In this document: in pieces, positions 23,761-36,532 of the stretch
How positions within the stretch are numbered: position 1 is the first letter of the stretch
Layout: each line of letters opens with the position of its first letter
Assembly (NCBI RefSeq): GCF_006345805.1
Contig: NC_043001.1
Location: 44,764,001-44,828,000 of the forward strand
Origin: Octopus sinensis
Taxonomy: Eukaryota
Length of the DNA: 64,000 nt
Direction of reading: 5' to 3'
Notes under the pieces: generated by a model
What the model saw: the letters and a program-made list of their open reading frames with translations, nothing else
Told to the model about the DNA's origin: nothing
Databases searched by the model: none
Made by a program: the position numbers and the translations under genes

Positions 23761-26391
23761 TAATAACAGTGATGACACAGGCACAAATTCACAACATTCA
23801 AGAGAAAAGAGTATAGTGAACTGAGTCAACTCCATTATATGACTGGTTTTTATATTATCACTTTCAAAAGAGTGAAAAGCAAAATTAAACTCAACAGTAT
23901 TTCAAATTAGAATGTAAAATTAACAGAAAATAAATATCACAAAGTATTTTGTCAGGTAATCTACCAATTCTACTGTCCACCAATCTAAGAATAACAATTA
24001 CAATTGGGAATAATTTAAGTTCAATTCACTGAAGTTTGATGACAATATTTCAGACACCAGTTTTTGCATTTTCTATATAATTACTTTCACCAAAACCAAG
24101 AATATCTGAAGAGTAGGTGGTTCACTGTGAACTTTGCATGTAAAAGAATTTGAAGTTAGTTTGTTAAGATGGCAGTTAGCTGATAGCATTAGTGCGTTTT
24201 ATATTTATTCATATATTCTTATAGCTTAGTCAGAGTTGAAAAGGCAGTGCCCTTGACCCTTTGCAAGACCCTCACCCCTAAGACTCATAGAAAGAAGTCA
24301 TGTTCAGACTTAAAATCTCACTTGAATGCTTGCAACAGAGTGAACAATACCAAAGACACTCTTGGACCAGGTGACTGTTTCAACTTGGCAGCAATTAAGT
24401 CTACCATCTCAAAATAGGAAAGCTTCCTTTGACAGTTTACCTTCATTTTCTGGCAACCAAATTTCATTCACTCGTGTTCAACCTGAGATTACACAGTAGA
24501 AAAGAATTTGCCCAAGGTGCCATGTAGAAGGGTCAAAACAGAAGTTCTTAACTACATGGCCATGTCCACACCTATATTGTCTTTATCAAATTACTAATTC
24601 ATCTGTTTAAATGTTCTGATTGACAATAGCAAGAGTATCAACTCATTAAACAAACAACAACAAAAGCCCATCTCAATCGAAACTTCATTCAATACAAGAA
24701 AGATGCAGGACCAGCAACAAGATGCAAGCAAAGCTGCTGTCTTTTAGAACTATTCAGCTTATGTCACAAGGGAAAAGTAGACAGAAAACCAGTGATGATA
24801 AAGAAAAGGGCTACATTTTGATGTCTCTGCTCTCGTTTCATATTTATATATACACAAACACACAAATGTACATTTATGTAGTGTTATGTGTATGTGTGTA
24901 TACATAAAGGGAGAGAGACAGAGTGAAAGAAAGTTAGTCAGATACTTATGTTTGTGTGTGTGGCTGCATGTGTGTGTAGACAGAGTGAGATGCTATGGAA
25001 TGTATGTATATTCTTTTATTCTTTCATTCATTTCAGTCAATGGACTATGGTCATACTGAGGATGTGTCATCAAAGGTTTAGCCAACCATATCAACCTTAA
25101 TGCTTATTTCTGTATAAGAAATATCTATCAATAACATTTGTCAATCCACTAAGATACAGGACATAAAAGGACACAGCATAAACAACAATAATAGTAGTGG
25201 AAACATAAATACATATACACACATATCAGCATCATCCCTTATCATCATTAATTTAACATCAACTTTTCCATATTCGCACAGGTCAAACGAAATTCACTGA
25301 GGTAGATTTTCTATGGCTGGATGCTCTTCCAGTTGCCAACCTTCACCTGTCTCCAAGTAAAGTTGTATTTCCCCTATTCCTTTGAACACAAACAATATAG
25401 AGGATTGCAAGCAAACAACACTGCTTGTACAAAGGTGACATTCAATTACGATCAATGTGGACGTCAAGAAAAGAATATACTAACACACACATTTACATAT
25501 TATATACACAATATGCTTCTTTCAGTTTCCACCAACCAAATCCACTCCTTGAGGCTTTGATAGTAAAAGACACTTGCTCAAGGTGTCAGGAAGAGAAACA
25601 CTGAACAAAAAGCCATGTGGTGTGCATGTATAAACAAATACAGGTAGCTGTATCAACTACTCTACAACAAATTCTTGACTTATTAAAATTACTTCTGTCA
25701 CTAGAGGATGTATCATAATCACCAAATGGCAATTAAGAGCAGCTTCAGGTGAGAAGGGGAAATAATCTCAATAATAATGAAATTCTCCAAAGTTGGCATG
25801 CCATTAAGGAAAAGAACAAGCCTTGCCTGGAGATGGTACGCTTTGTGTATGTGTGAGTATATATACGTGTGTGCGTGTGTGTAACTATACATACACACAC
25901 ACAAATTAAGACAGAATTTCCCAATATATTCACCTTGAGTTAGTATTAAAAAATTAAAGATGGACATTTTATACTGAGTTTTATATTACTGCATTTCACA
26001 TTATCATCATCATCCTTTTAACATCCCTGCTGGCAAGGATTGGATGGTTTGACCAGAGCTGGCAAGCTGGACAGCTGCACCAAGTTCCAGTCTGATATGG
26101 CTTGCTTTCTATGGCTTGATGTCCTTCCTAATGCCAACCATTTTAGAGTGTGTGCTGGGTGCTTTTAACATGGCACTGGCACAGGATTCTCACAACACAA
26201 TCTTCTTCACTAGCCTTAACATTTCTGCAGTGGAGAATGGATCTTCTTGAGTACAGCAAGGCACTGGGTATCTTGGTCTTTTGTCATTTTGTCACATGAC
26301 TAAGATTTTATTATGAGATTAATAATAAAATCTTAGTTATGGGGAAAAACAGTAACATGCAGTAATGCAAGTCTAAAATATAAAACTTAAA

Positions 26392-26427
<36 letters not shown>

Positions 26428-27049
26428 CATCATAACTTTGATGTCAACTTATCCTTGCTTGCATGAATGAGATGAAATCTGTTACAGCAAATATTTTATG
26501 GCTAGATGCCCTTCCTCTTGCCAACCCTTATCTTTTAACAAGCAAGGTAATATTTCCCCATTTTCAGACATGCTTTTCTTGGAAAGTTGGAAACAATCAA
26601 CACTGTTTTTAAGATGGTGATACTCATTCACAATTATCTTGCAATGTCATGGCAAGGAAACACAAACACACACACTCACCCATGTGCACACAAATATATA
26701 TTTATGACAAGCTTCTTTCAGTATCCATATACTAGATTTATTTATAAGGCTTTGGTCAACTCAGGACTATAGTAGAATAGTAGAAGACACTTGACTAATG
26801 TGCTGTGTGGTCGGACTGAACTTGGAAGTATGTGGTTGGGGAAACAAATTTCTTGACACAGCTATACCTGCACCCTAAATACATATTATTTATTATTAGT
26901 TAGAAATGACAGAGGAAAAAAAACAGGGGTTTTTTTTAGATCTAAATAGTATTAAAAGAATTTGTAAAGAATTAACAAGTTTCATTTGACAGGACTGTGG
27001 TAAGCCAAACAATGAGAGATTTCTAGTAATAATGATTGTTTGTAGCATA

Positions 27050-27435
27050 TTTAGAGGGAATAGCCAATACTATCAACCCAGTACTTGACTGGTATTTTAG
27101 TTTATTGACCCCAGAAAGATGAAAAGCAAAGGAAACTTCAGAATGATTTGAAGAGCAATAATTAAAAATTGCAAGGCATTTTATCCAGTGTTCTAATGAT
27201 TCTACCAATCCACCAACCTAAATTCACCAAGAAATAACGATTTTCACATATTAGACCACAAATTTTATTTTTGATGGGGAGTATAATCAATGAAAATTTC
27301 TTCAGTAATTGATTGGGACTTATCAAACCCAGATGGATAAAAGGCAAAGCCAATCTCAGTGAGATTTGAACTGAGAACATAAAGAGATGCAACTAAACAC
27401 CACAAAACACTTTGTTCAACACTAACAATTCTGCT
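27050..27435 (-). mobile_element. Two tandem decayed family B SINEs
   Basis: ctggtattttagtttattgacccc..gatgaaaagcaaag and ggataaaaggcaaagcc..gagatttgaactgag. Confidence 0.7.
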
Positions 27436-28813
27436 GGTCTATCTCCCTACATAATAACAACATCTTTCAACTATGACTGAAGCCCTGCAGGAAAAATATA
27501 ATACTGTTTTTGTCAACTACCTTTACCAGTCTTAGGGATAAGATGGTTGAAATCGATCATTGATAAGAATTTACTAAATCCAATTCCATTAAGAAGATAC
27601 ATGCACAAATATTACAATACAGGATGAGGTGAAAAATAAACACTAAGATATGATTTCAAGAAGATTTCGCTTCTATTTCTAATAAATTGAGCAACAATAT
27701 AGTGCCTGCTTTGTTAGTCTAAAAATGTAGATTTAACTCCCTTGATGGCTCTATGCATGAAAAGTAACAGGAATGTCACAGCTGGAATATCTGATCATAA
27801 ATCTGCTCAATCAGAAGTGACTTGGAGACAAATAATAACACCTGTTTTCTTTAGCCACACAAAAGACAGGGCTTTATTGGTCATGCAGTCTGAGTTTGTT
27901 GAATTGCCCAAGCAGAAATGTAGGTGTGATTAAGTGGTCAAGAAGTTTACTTCACTATCATAATGTCCCTTGGTTCAACCCCACAGCACAACCTCTGGAG
28001 CAAGTGTATACAACCAAATTTTTGTAAAAGAAATTAGGTAGACAGAAACTGCATAAAAAGCCTGTTGGATAGACTGTACTAATTAATTAAGAGGCCAGCT
28101 ATTTCACTTGATGTATCACATTGGTTATGCCTGATAATTATGTTAAGATGTTCAAGTGTCTCAGGAATACACAGCCACATCTATTCAACTATAATGCAAT
28201 AAGTAGATAGTTTTGTTGGTTGAACAAGTGAAATACTCAAAATGGTAACCAATGTAAAAATCCATTGGGAGAAACTAGCTGCGATATTCATGCCTTATTC
28301 AAAGATCATGATAATCCAAAATCCAATTCAACAGACACAGTTTATGAGATGCTTGTGTATGGCGTTTACCAAACATTTGTATTATATCTATTATTTAGTT
28401 ACATTTGTTTGAATTAGATCAAATGGTTCGGTTGTTGCACTAAATGCTTTTACAGATAGCTGACACCCTGCCTTGTGGTAACGCCTGCGAATTAAGATCT
28501 TTTTTTTTAATATTTAGTCAGGCAAAACAAAAGCAAGCTAAATCATGCACTGTGCTCAGGGTTGCAACACAATGGCTGTGGTTAGATCTGAAATTATGAC
28601 TCTGTGGGTCATTCACCCAGCACCAAAGTTAACCCCACCACCACTGTACCTTACTTATTGCAAATAAAAATAGAAATGTAGAAAGGGACAAATGTTAGAA
28701 CAGGATATCTTTTAGAGTTACAGTTGTGTGTATATGGAAGGGAAGGAGGGTTAATAATCGAATCAAAAAGCTTGTACTTGTGAGTGAAAATATATCAAAA
28801 ATATTTTAATTAC

Positions 28814-28844
28814 CCAAACAATGTTATCATCAACATCTGGAGTG
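28814..28844 (-). other. Candidate 31-nt minus-strand exon
   Basis: Acceptor tttctattattcttttttacag, donor TGG|gtaatt. Confidence 0.35.
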
Positions 28845-29564
28845 CTGTAAAAAAGAATAATAGAAAATAATGATAGCAATAATAATAATAATAATGATAA
28901 TAATAAATGAATTATACAGTGCTCTTGCATACACACAAACACATTGCTACAAGCACACATCAAAAGTTTAACATTAGCCACTTATAGAATTAAAGTCTGA
29001 AACAACTAGAGAATCAAAAAAATTTACATTTATGAATCAAAACATTGTCAATAATTATTCAATAACTCAAAAGAACATCAATATCTAGGGTGTTTTTAAG
29101 TGCCCTAAGAAGGAAGAGAAGGAGGAGACTATATAGTCAAAATTTTTGATTACCAGCATCACACACAGAATTCTTTTTAGTATCCTTTCTGAAGCAGATG
29201 GTAATAGGGATGAAAGCAGAGAGCCCTGTTGATACCACTTCTATCATGGTCCAAGCTAATGGGCAGGGAGAGACCTATATACATCTGAGTTAATGAAACA
29301 ATTCTTCTCAGCCTTTTGACTAACAACAAATTGTAATTCTATAGAGCTGCCACTGTTTACAGGCATGAGCTATTCCACGTTGTGCTACCTATTTATGGAT
29401 AGGATGGACTGAGAGTTATACATTTTTAACAATAGACAACTAAAGCTTCTGTAAGCGGTGGCTAGATCTGCTACAAAAAACAGCAAAATCTTCCTCAAAT
29501 CACATCCCACTAGCTTAAAAGAGGAAGGACATATTGGATAATGTAATCATAGATATTCTGTGTC

Positions 29565-30300
29565 ATTATCATCATCATCAGCTTTTAACATCCTCTTTCC
29601 ATGCTGATATGGGTTGGACATTTTGACAGGAGCTGGCAAGTCAGAAGACTGTACCAAGTTTGACAGTCTGTTTTGGCATGATTTCTATGGCTGGATGCTC
29701 TTCCTAATGCTATCTACTTTACATTGTACCTGGGTGCTTTCTATCTGGCAGCTGCAGCAGCAAGGTCACTAAATAACTAGCAACAAAAGACCTCTCAACT
29801 AAGGTGGGAGTAATATTGAGGAAGGTGGCTTTGTGCCATGTGATGAGAAGTTAGAATAAGAACAGAAGAACAGAAATAGGTGTCTTGTAGAAGAGGAGAT
29901 ACATGTCTGCCTCAGTTGGAAAGAGATAAGACAGTGAGGATGTGACGGGGTGGACGGGATGTACACACAAGTTACAGGGAGGTGCATAGATTGAAGTGAA
30001 CCAGGGCTTGGATAAGGTGAGTGGGTAAGTTTGTGAGATTGTGAGTGGGAAGAGGTAAAGGGAGGAAGTGTTAGGAGAGTTTGTTTCAGGGGATAGATTT
30101 GACAGAGAAGTATTGTATGTAGGTAGGTCTGCAAGGGAGGGTGGGAGATAGGGGTGTGGAAATACAGTGAGTGGTGAACACATTTGAGAGAGAGGGTGTT
30201 GGGGAAGATGGGATAAGGGGGAGACATTTGTCAAGAACAGATTGTGTGTGTAGTGAGGTGGGAGGAACATGGACATAAAGGACATGTTTTTATTGCCTCA
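29565..30300 (-). mobile_element. Old RTE-LINE 3' UTR-type fragment with a purine-rich extension
   Basis: Begins (atc)n..ttttaacatcctctttccatgctg..gggttggac..gctggatgctcttcctaatgc, matching the 3' end of the RTE at 49965-51410. Confidence 0.6.
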
Positions 30301-30507
30301 ATTTTACTTAACTGGATATGGATCAGTCATAACTGGAATGTCTTTGATCATAGATCGGCTGGATCAAAGCTCACCTAGGGTTAAACAACAACAACAAGGA
30401 CACGCAGAAAGGAATATATATTCTCTTTCTTTTTGTTTGTCAGCCAAAAAATGGGGAACTGTTTCCTCTATTTTTTTAAACATATCTTCTTAGAATGGTA
30501 TGATTAA

Positions 30508-31090
30508 TACTTTTGTTACTTTATTTGTGTCTGGGGAGAGTTTATTGTGTCTGAGGGACTATATTTCTAAAATGCACTGCCTATATTTAAATTGTAAAGG
30601 CACATGGCTTAGTGTCAGGCTCACAACCATGATGTAGTGAGTTCAATTTCTGGACTGGGCTGTGTGTTGTGTTCTTGAGCAAGACACTATATTTCACATT
30701 GCTCCAGTTCACTCTTCTGTAGAAATAAGTTACATCAATCGTGCCAAGCTATCTCGGCCTTCACCTCTCCCTTGGATAACATTGGTGGCATGAAGAGAGG
30801 AAGCTGCTTTGCATGGGTGACTGCTAGTCTTCCATAGACAACCTTCCCTGGACTTGTGCCTCAGAGGGTAACTTTCTAGGTGCAATTCCTGGTCATTCTT
30901 GAACAAAGGTGGTCTTTACCTTATATATTTAAATTGATTCTGAAAATTATGATGAATTTAGTAAAATAACTTTGTCATCAGGAATCTGGCGATAGGGACA
31001 TAAATTCACATCAAATTTTGATAATGTTTAAAACAGGAAGTTTGCATCAAAGAACTAGCAGTGATCTCAGATGAGTTGATATCAAAAAGG
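30508..31090. mobile_element. piggyBac-type MITE with TTAA target duplication, interrupted by a SINE
   Basis: TTAA at 30504-30507 and 31091-31094; ends acttttgttac / gatatcaaaaagg; internal sequence matches 36898-37119 and 38238-38458 in reverse. Confidence 0.7.
30595..30923 (+). mobile_element. tRNA-derived CORE-like SINE with 13-bp TSD
   Basis: Head ggcacatggcttagtg..gagttcaat, core-like ttgagcaagacact..ttgctccagttcactc..ctgtagaaat; tatatttaaattg duplicated at 30582-30594 and 30924-30936. Confidence 0.8.
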
Positions 31091-31193
31091 TTAAGGTGTT
31101 TTATATTTAGTTTGACATCCAGTTGCAGGCATTGGTTGTATTGTTAAGAAACTTCAATGGTACCGTGTGTGTGTGTGTGGATGTATATATTTA

Positions 31194-31410
31194 TGAGCAG
31201 GTGCTGAAAAGTTCCTGACTTTGGGTAAAAGAAAATATTGGAGGATCAGTTAATTATAATTTTATTCAACATATTCCCCTCTTTGATTCACACACTTATT
31301 GCAGCGGTTCTTCAGTTTATCTAAGCCCTGTAAAAGAACTTAGAAAGTTGGGCCTCCGATCAGGCCTTTCACGATACCCTTTAAGCCAGGAACTTTTCGG
31401 CACCTCCTCG
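31194..31410. mobile_element. mariner-type MITE, copy 1
   Basis: TIRs gaggggtgctgaaaagttcctg-like at both ends, TA on both sides. Confidence 0.85.
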
Positions 31411-31430
31411 TATGTGTATATATATATATA

Positions 31431-31972
31431 CAGGGTGCGATGGGTAAATTGTTGCCATTTTATATTTTTTTTTATTTCATGCATGCGCATTGTTTGTTTT
31501 TGATTTTGTTGTCGACTACACAGTATAGTTGGGTCAGTTGAGCACCATCTGTGAGAAAAACAGCAGCATGCCATAATTCACTCTGCCAGAAATTTGGAAA
31601 TGACACACTGTACTGCTTAGAATTCAAGCAGAAAGCTCCAATATGAACATTTCAGAGTGTTTGTATGTAAATCTGAGGACATGTACCAAGAGTGATAAAA
31701 ATCAAACATCCAGTCAGCATCATGGTGTTTGGAGTGATCACTAGTGATGGTGGCATTATACCCCAATTCATCTTTCCACATGGCCTCAGACTCAATACAG
31801 AGGCCTACATCAAGTGTCTGGAGGACGTAGTGCTGCCCTGGGTCAAGAGGGTAGCTGCTGGAAGACCCTATTGTCTGGCAACAGGACTCTGCACCATGCC
31901 ACACAAGCAAAATAACCCAGTCATGGCTGTCAGACAATTTCTGTGATCACATCACCCCTAACATCTGGCCCT
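31431..31972 (+). mobile_element. Truncated, internally deleted Tc1/mariner (maT/DD37D-like) transposase fragment
   Basis: Starts ta|cagggtgcgatggg; encodes KHPVSIMVFGVITSDG..LPWVKRV and, after a frameshift, WQQDSAPCHTS..SWLSDNFCDHITPNIWP. The third catalytic Asp is missing, so the spacing cannot be counted. Confidence 0.8.
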
Positions 31973-32049
31973 GTGTGTGTGTGTATAAACATTTGCATAT
32001 ACACACATACAGATATAGAGACATCTACAAGTGCATATACCAACACTTA

Positions 32050-32251
32050 CGACGGGGTGCTGAAAAGTTCCTGGCTTTGAGTTAAAGAAAATAATTATGG
32101 TTTTATTCAACATATTCCCCCCTCAGATTCACACATTTATCGCAGCGGCCCTTCAGTTTTTGCAAGCCCTGTCAAAGAACTCAGAAGGTTGGACCTTCAA
32201 TCAGGCCTTTCATGATGCCCTTAAAGCCAGGAACTTTCTGGCATCCCCTCG
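32050..32251. mobile_element. mariner-type MITE, copy 2
   Basis: cgacggggtgctgaaaagttcctgg ... ccaggaactttctggcatcccctcg. Confidence 0.85.
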
Positions 32252-32309
32252 TGTGTGTGTGTGTGTGTGTGTATGTATATATGTGTATGTATGTATGTGT
32301 ATATATATA

Positions 32310-32355
<46 letters not shown>

Positions 32356-32411
32356 ATCTGCATATACACACATAGATATACAGAAATCTACAGGGCATAT
32401 ACCTACACTTG

Positions 32412-32627
32412 TGATGGGGTGCTGTAAAGTTCCTGACTTTGGGTTAAAAGAAAATACAGGAGAGCTGATTAATTATGATTTTATTCAACATATTTTCCTC
32501 TCAGATTCACACTTATTGCAGTGGCCATTTAGTTTTTGTAAGCCCTGTCAAAGAACCCAGAAGGTTGGACCTCCAACCAGGCTTTTCATGATACCCTTAG
32601 AGTCAGGAACTTTTCAGCACCCCCTTG
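32412..32627. mobile_element. mariner-type MITE, copy 3
   Basis: tgatggggtgctgtaaagttcctga ... tcaggaacttttcagcacccccttg. Confidence 0.85.
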
Positions 32628-32850
32628 TGTGTGTGTCTTTGTGTTTGTTCCCCACCACCATTTGACAACTGGTGTTACTTTGTTTACATCCCCATAGCTT
32701 TGCAGTTTAGCAAAAGTGACTGATAAAGTAAGCACCAGGCTATAAAACAATAAGTACTGGAGTTGATTTCTTCAACTAAACCCTTCAAAGTGGTGCCCCA
32801 GCATGGCTACAGTTCAATGACTGAAATAAGTAAAAGATAAAAGATTAAGT
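32628..32850 (+). mobile_element. 3' half of a family A SINE
   Basis: tgtttgttcccc..gacaactggtgt..gcatggctacagttcaatgactgaaataagtaaaaga. Confidence 0.8.
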
Positions 32851-32971
32851 TATGTAGGTCAACAGATATGGGAAAAACAATGTATGCAAACTGGAGATTT
32901 TAAAAAGGTTGAAATTCTGGAGGAGTAGGAGTAATGGGCAAAAGGAAATGCTTAGCAAAATTGCATTAAAT

Positions 32972-33296
32972 AACATGAGCACTCAGAAAGCGCAAACCTC
33001 TGTCCGCCAAAGCAACACCAACGTCCTCTGAACGATTAGCCACAAATGAGTATACTAAAAAATGAACCCAACTGCTCACAAAAATTAAGTAAAAAAAAAC
33101 AGAAAAATAATCCAGAATCCTTGTCCGGTACCAGATCAATCCCAAAATCTAATCAGTTTATGCCAGTCATGAGGCCAAACATCCCTGAAAGTTTCATCCA
33201 TATCCATCCCGCAGTTCTTGAGATATCTTGTAGAAGGACAAACAAACAAACACGACAGAAAACAATACCTCCACCTTTGCTGAGGCAGCGGTAATA
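32972..33296. mobile_element. Helentron-type non-autonomous element (HINE/DINE-1-like)
   Basis: End gagcactcagaaagcgcaaacctc, internal gtttcatccatatccatcc..cttgagatatc, (aaac)n, terminal stem-loop remnant cctccacctttgctgaggcagcggtaat. Assigned by recognised architecture. Confidence 0.55.
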
Positions 33297-33466
33297 AAAA
33301 TTACATTGTAAAATATTGAAAGTTTGTCCCTACAAAATCTATTTTAAAAAAAGACCGTATTTTATTGCTTTCAGTCATTAAATGGTGGTTATGTTGATGC
33401 ACAAACATGAAGGTATTACTTGAAAAGAAAAATATGCTTGTATGGGCAGAGGTGCACGGATGCGCA

Positions 33467-33655
33467 CATGCACACTCGCACATGTGCATGCACACTCGCA
33501 CATGTGCATGCACACTCGCACATGTGCACGCACACTCGCACATGTGCACGCACACTCGCACATGTGCACGCACACTCGCACATGTGCATGCACACTCGCA
33601 CATGTGCATGCACACTCGCACATGTGCATGCACACTCGCACATGTGCATGCACAC
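33467..33655. repeat. 20-bp minisatellite catgtgca(t/c)gcacactcgca, 8 full plus 2 partial units
   Basis: Full units start at 33481 with 20-bp spacing through 33621; units at 33521, 33541 and 33561 carry C. Confidence 0.97.
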
Positions 33656-34069
33656 ACTCACGCCCTGGAGGCAATTATTGTAAAGAGACAATTTCTTCAG
33701 ATAAATCACACTCACACAGACACACACACACAAGTTAAATGAAATACAAAATCAAAAGCTACTAATATGTTCTTAGAAACAAGTCCTTAAATCTGATTTG
33801 ATGGCTTTACAGTGTAGAAAATAGTCAAATTAGTGTCTGTTAAATTGGACATTTGAAAGCATTATATAACAATTTCCATCTAAAAGTCAACAGGCATTTA
33901 CTGACACTAATCCTAGCAACCTAATAACTACTTCTGACTTCAGTGACAAGAGTACTAATACCTTTTTTTCAAAGGTATTGGTAAGAATATGAAAATAGCC
34001 AGAGCTCAGAGTTTATAACATGAGATTCTAAGTAAACTCAAAAGTTAACTGAACTCAAAGTCTCCTTCC

Positions 34070-34248
34070 ATGTCTCCATAGACGTTTTCAGGAAGTCTCC
34101 ATGGACTTTTCGAGAAAGTCCCCACATCTCCATGGGTTTTTCCAAGAAGTTTCCATGGATTTTCCATGTCTATGTGAACTTTTCCAGGAAGTCACAATAT
34201 CTCCATGGACTTTTCCAGGAAGTCTCCATGGTTTTTTCCAAGAAGTCT
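34070..34248. repeat. Degenerate ~22-bp tandem repeat gtctccatggacttttccaggaa
   Basis: Recurrent ctccatgg..ttttcca.gaag. Confidence 0.8.
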
Positions 34249-34531
34249 GAATAATGAATAATTGCAAAAAAGACAAGATGGTCCTAGTTGGAAACTCAGC
34301 TGAATTGGAACTGACTTGTAACTAAACAAAAACAAACTTACAATAAAATAAATACCAGTTGGGCACTGGGGCCAAATGTAACTGACTTAGCCCTTTCCTT
34401 GAAATTGCTGGGCTTATGCCAAATCTTGAAACCATCATTATCATAATCATAGCTAAAGACATAAAACATTTCACCTTCCATGTTCTTCCCTATCAATGTA
34501 AGAGAAAAAATAAGTGATTATTATTATTTAA

Positions 34532-34726
34532 GGTGGCAAACTGGCAGAATTGTTAGCACGCTGAATTTCGTCCGTCGCTATGTTCTGAGTTGAAATTCTG
34601 CCACAGTTAACTTTGCCTTTCATCCTTTCAGGGTCCATAAATTAAGTACGAGTTGTGTACTGGGGTCAGTCTTATTGACTGGTACCCTCCTTAAAAATTT
34701 TGGGCCTTGTGCCTAGAGTAGAAATA

Positions 34727-34759
<33 letters not shown>

Positions 34760-35395
34760 TAGGCAGTTAGTTGGCAGAATTATTAGCACACTGGACAAAA
34801 TGCTTATCAGTATTTCCCCTATCACTACGTTTGAGTTCAAATTCTGCCACAGTCAACTTTGCCTTTCATCCTTTCTGGGTTGATAAATTAAGTACAGTCA
34901 CATTATGGAGTTGATGAATCAACTAACCCCACTAAAATTGCTGGCCTTATGCCAAAATTTGAATCCATTAAAGGTGGCAAACTGAAAGAATCATTATCAT
35001 ATTGGACAATATGCTTAGTGGCATTTTTTCAGCCCTATATGTTCCAAGTTCAAATCCAGATGATAACTCTGCCTTTCATCATTACGGGTCAACAAAATAA
35101 GTACCAGTGGAGCACTAGAGTCAATGTTATTGATTAACCCTCTCCCCCAAAACTGCTGACCTTGTGCCAAAGTTTGAAACATTATTATTATTATTTTTAA
35201 GGTGGCAAGCAGGCAGAATTGTTAGCACGCTGGACAAAAATGCTCAGCAGTATTTCACATTGTCACTACATGCCAAGTTCAAAGTTTGCCTTTCATCCTT
35301 TCAGGGTCGATAGATTGGCCCCTACCCCACAAAAATCCAGGCCTTGTGCCTATAATAGAAAAGATTGTTGTTATTATTATTATTATTATTATTAG
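34532..35395 (+). mobile_element. Head-to-tail array of four family B tRNA-derived SINEs
   Basis: Heads ggtggcaa.ctggcagaattgttagcac at about 34532, 34762, 34973 and 35201; most end ggccttgtgcc..(att)n. Confidence 0.85.
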
Positions 35396-35689
35396 AAACA
35401 CTGCTCTTTGTAGTTGTTGTTTAACTTCTATTTCATTACTTCAGAGAGTTATCAAGTATAATAGGCAGTGTTCCAGTTACATATAATCTGTATTTAATTT
35501 AACTTCATTATAACAAACATTGAAGGTGTTGATTAGCAGAATGAATGGTGAACAAGATAATACAAGCAGTTATAAATTAATCCCTTTATGTTTTGAGTTA
35601 AAAATCTAGCTTAAGTCAAACTCTGCAATTGATTAAATATATGCCAATCAACTATAACCCTTCCACTAAACTTGAGGCCTGGTGCCTAT

Positions 35690-35918
35690 CTTTTATCTTT
35701 TACTTGTTTCAGTCATTTGATGGTGGCCATGTTGGGGCACTACCTTGAAGAGTTTTTAGTGGAATGAATTAACCCCAGGACTTATTTTTTAAAGTCTAGT
35801 ACTTATTCTATCAATCTCTGTGCCAAACCTCTAAGCTACAGGGATATAAACACACCAACACCAGTTGTCAAGCAGTGACGGGGGACAAACACAGACATAC
35901 ATACATACATATATATAT

Positions 35919-35969
<51 letters not shown>

Positions 35970-36172
35970 TATATATATATATATATAATACACACACATA
36001 TATATATATATATATACACCACACATATATATATATATATATATAACACACACACATATATATATAATATATACACACACATATATATATATATTACACA
36101 CACACACATATTATATATACACACACATATATATATACACACACACATATATATATATACACACCACACATA

Positions 36173-36204
<32 letters not shown>

Positions 36205-36332
36205 CACACACACACATAATATATATACACATATATAATATATATATATATATTATATATATACACATATATATTATACACACACACATATATATATATA
36301 CATACATATATATATATACACACACACACATA

Positions 36333-36367
<35 letters not shown>

Positions 36368-36415
36368 TATATATATATTATATATACACACACATATATA
36401 TATATATACACACAC

Positions 36416-36446
<31 letters not shown>

Positions 36447-36482
36447 CACACACACATATAATATATATACACACATACATAT

Positions 36483-36532
<50 letters not shown>

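Noticed and set aside
29799-30285. Two ~143-aa Pro/Ser/Leu-rich minus-strand ORFs
   Set aside because: A by-product of strong pyrimidine skew in a repeat-derived tract.
33301-33742. Six overlapping Cys/His-rich ORFs; CRISPR-like regularity
   Set aside because: A spacer-less 20-bp tandem repeat in eukaryotic DNA; neither a protein nor a CRISPR array.
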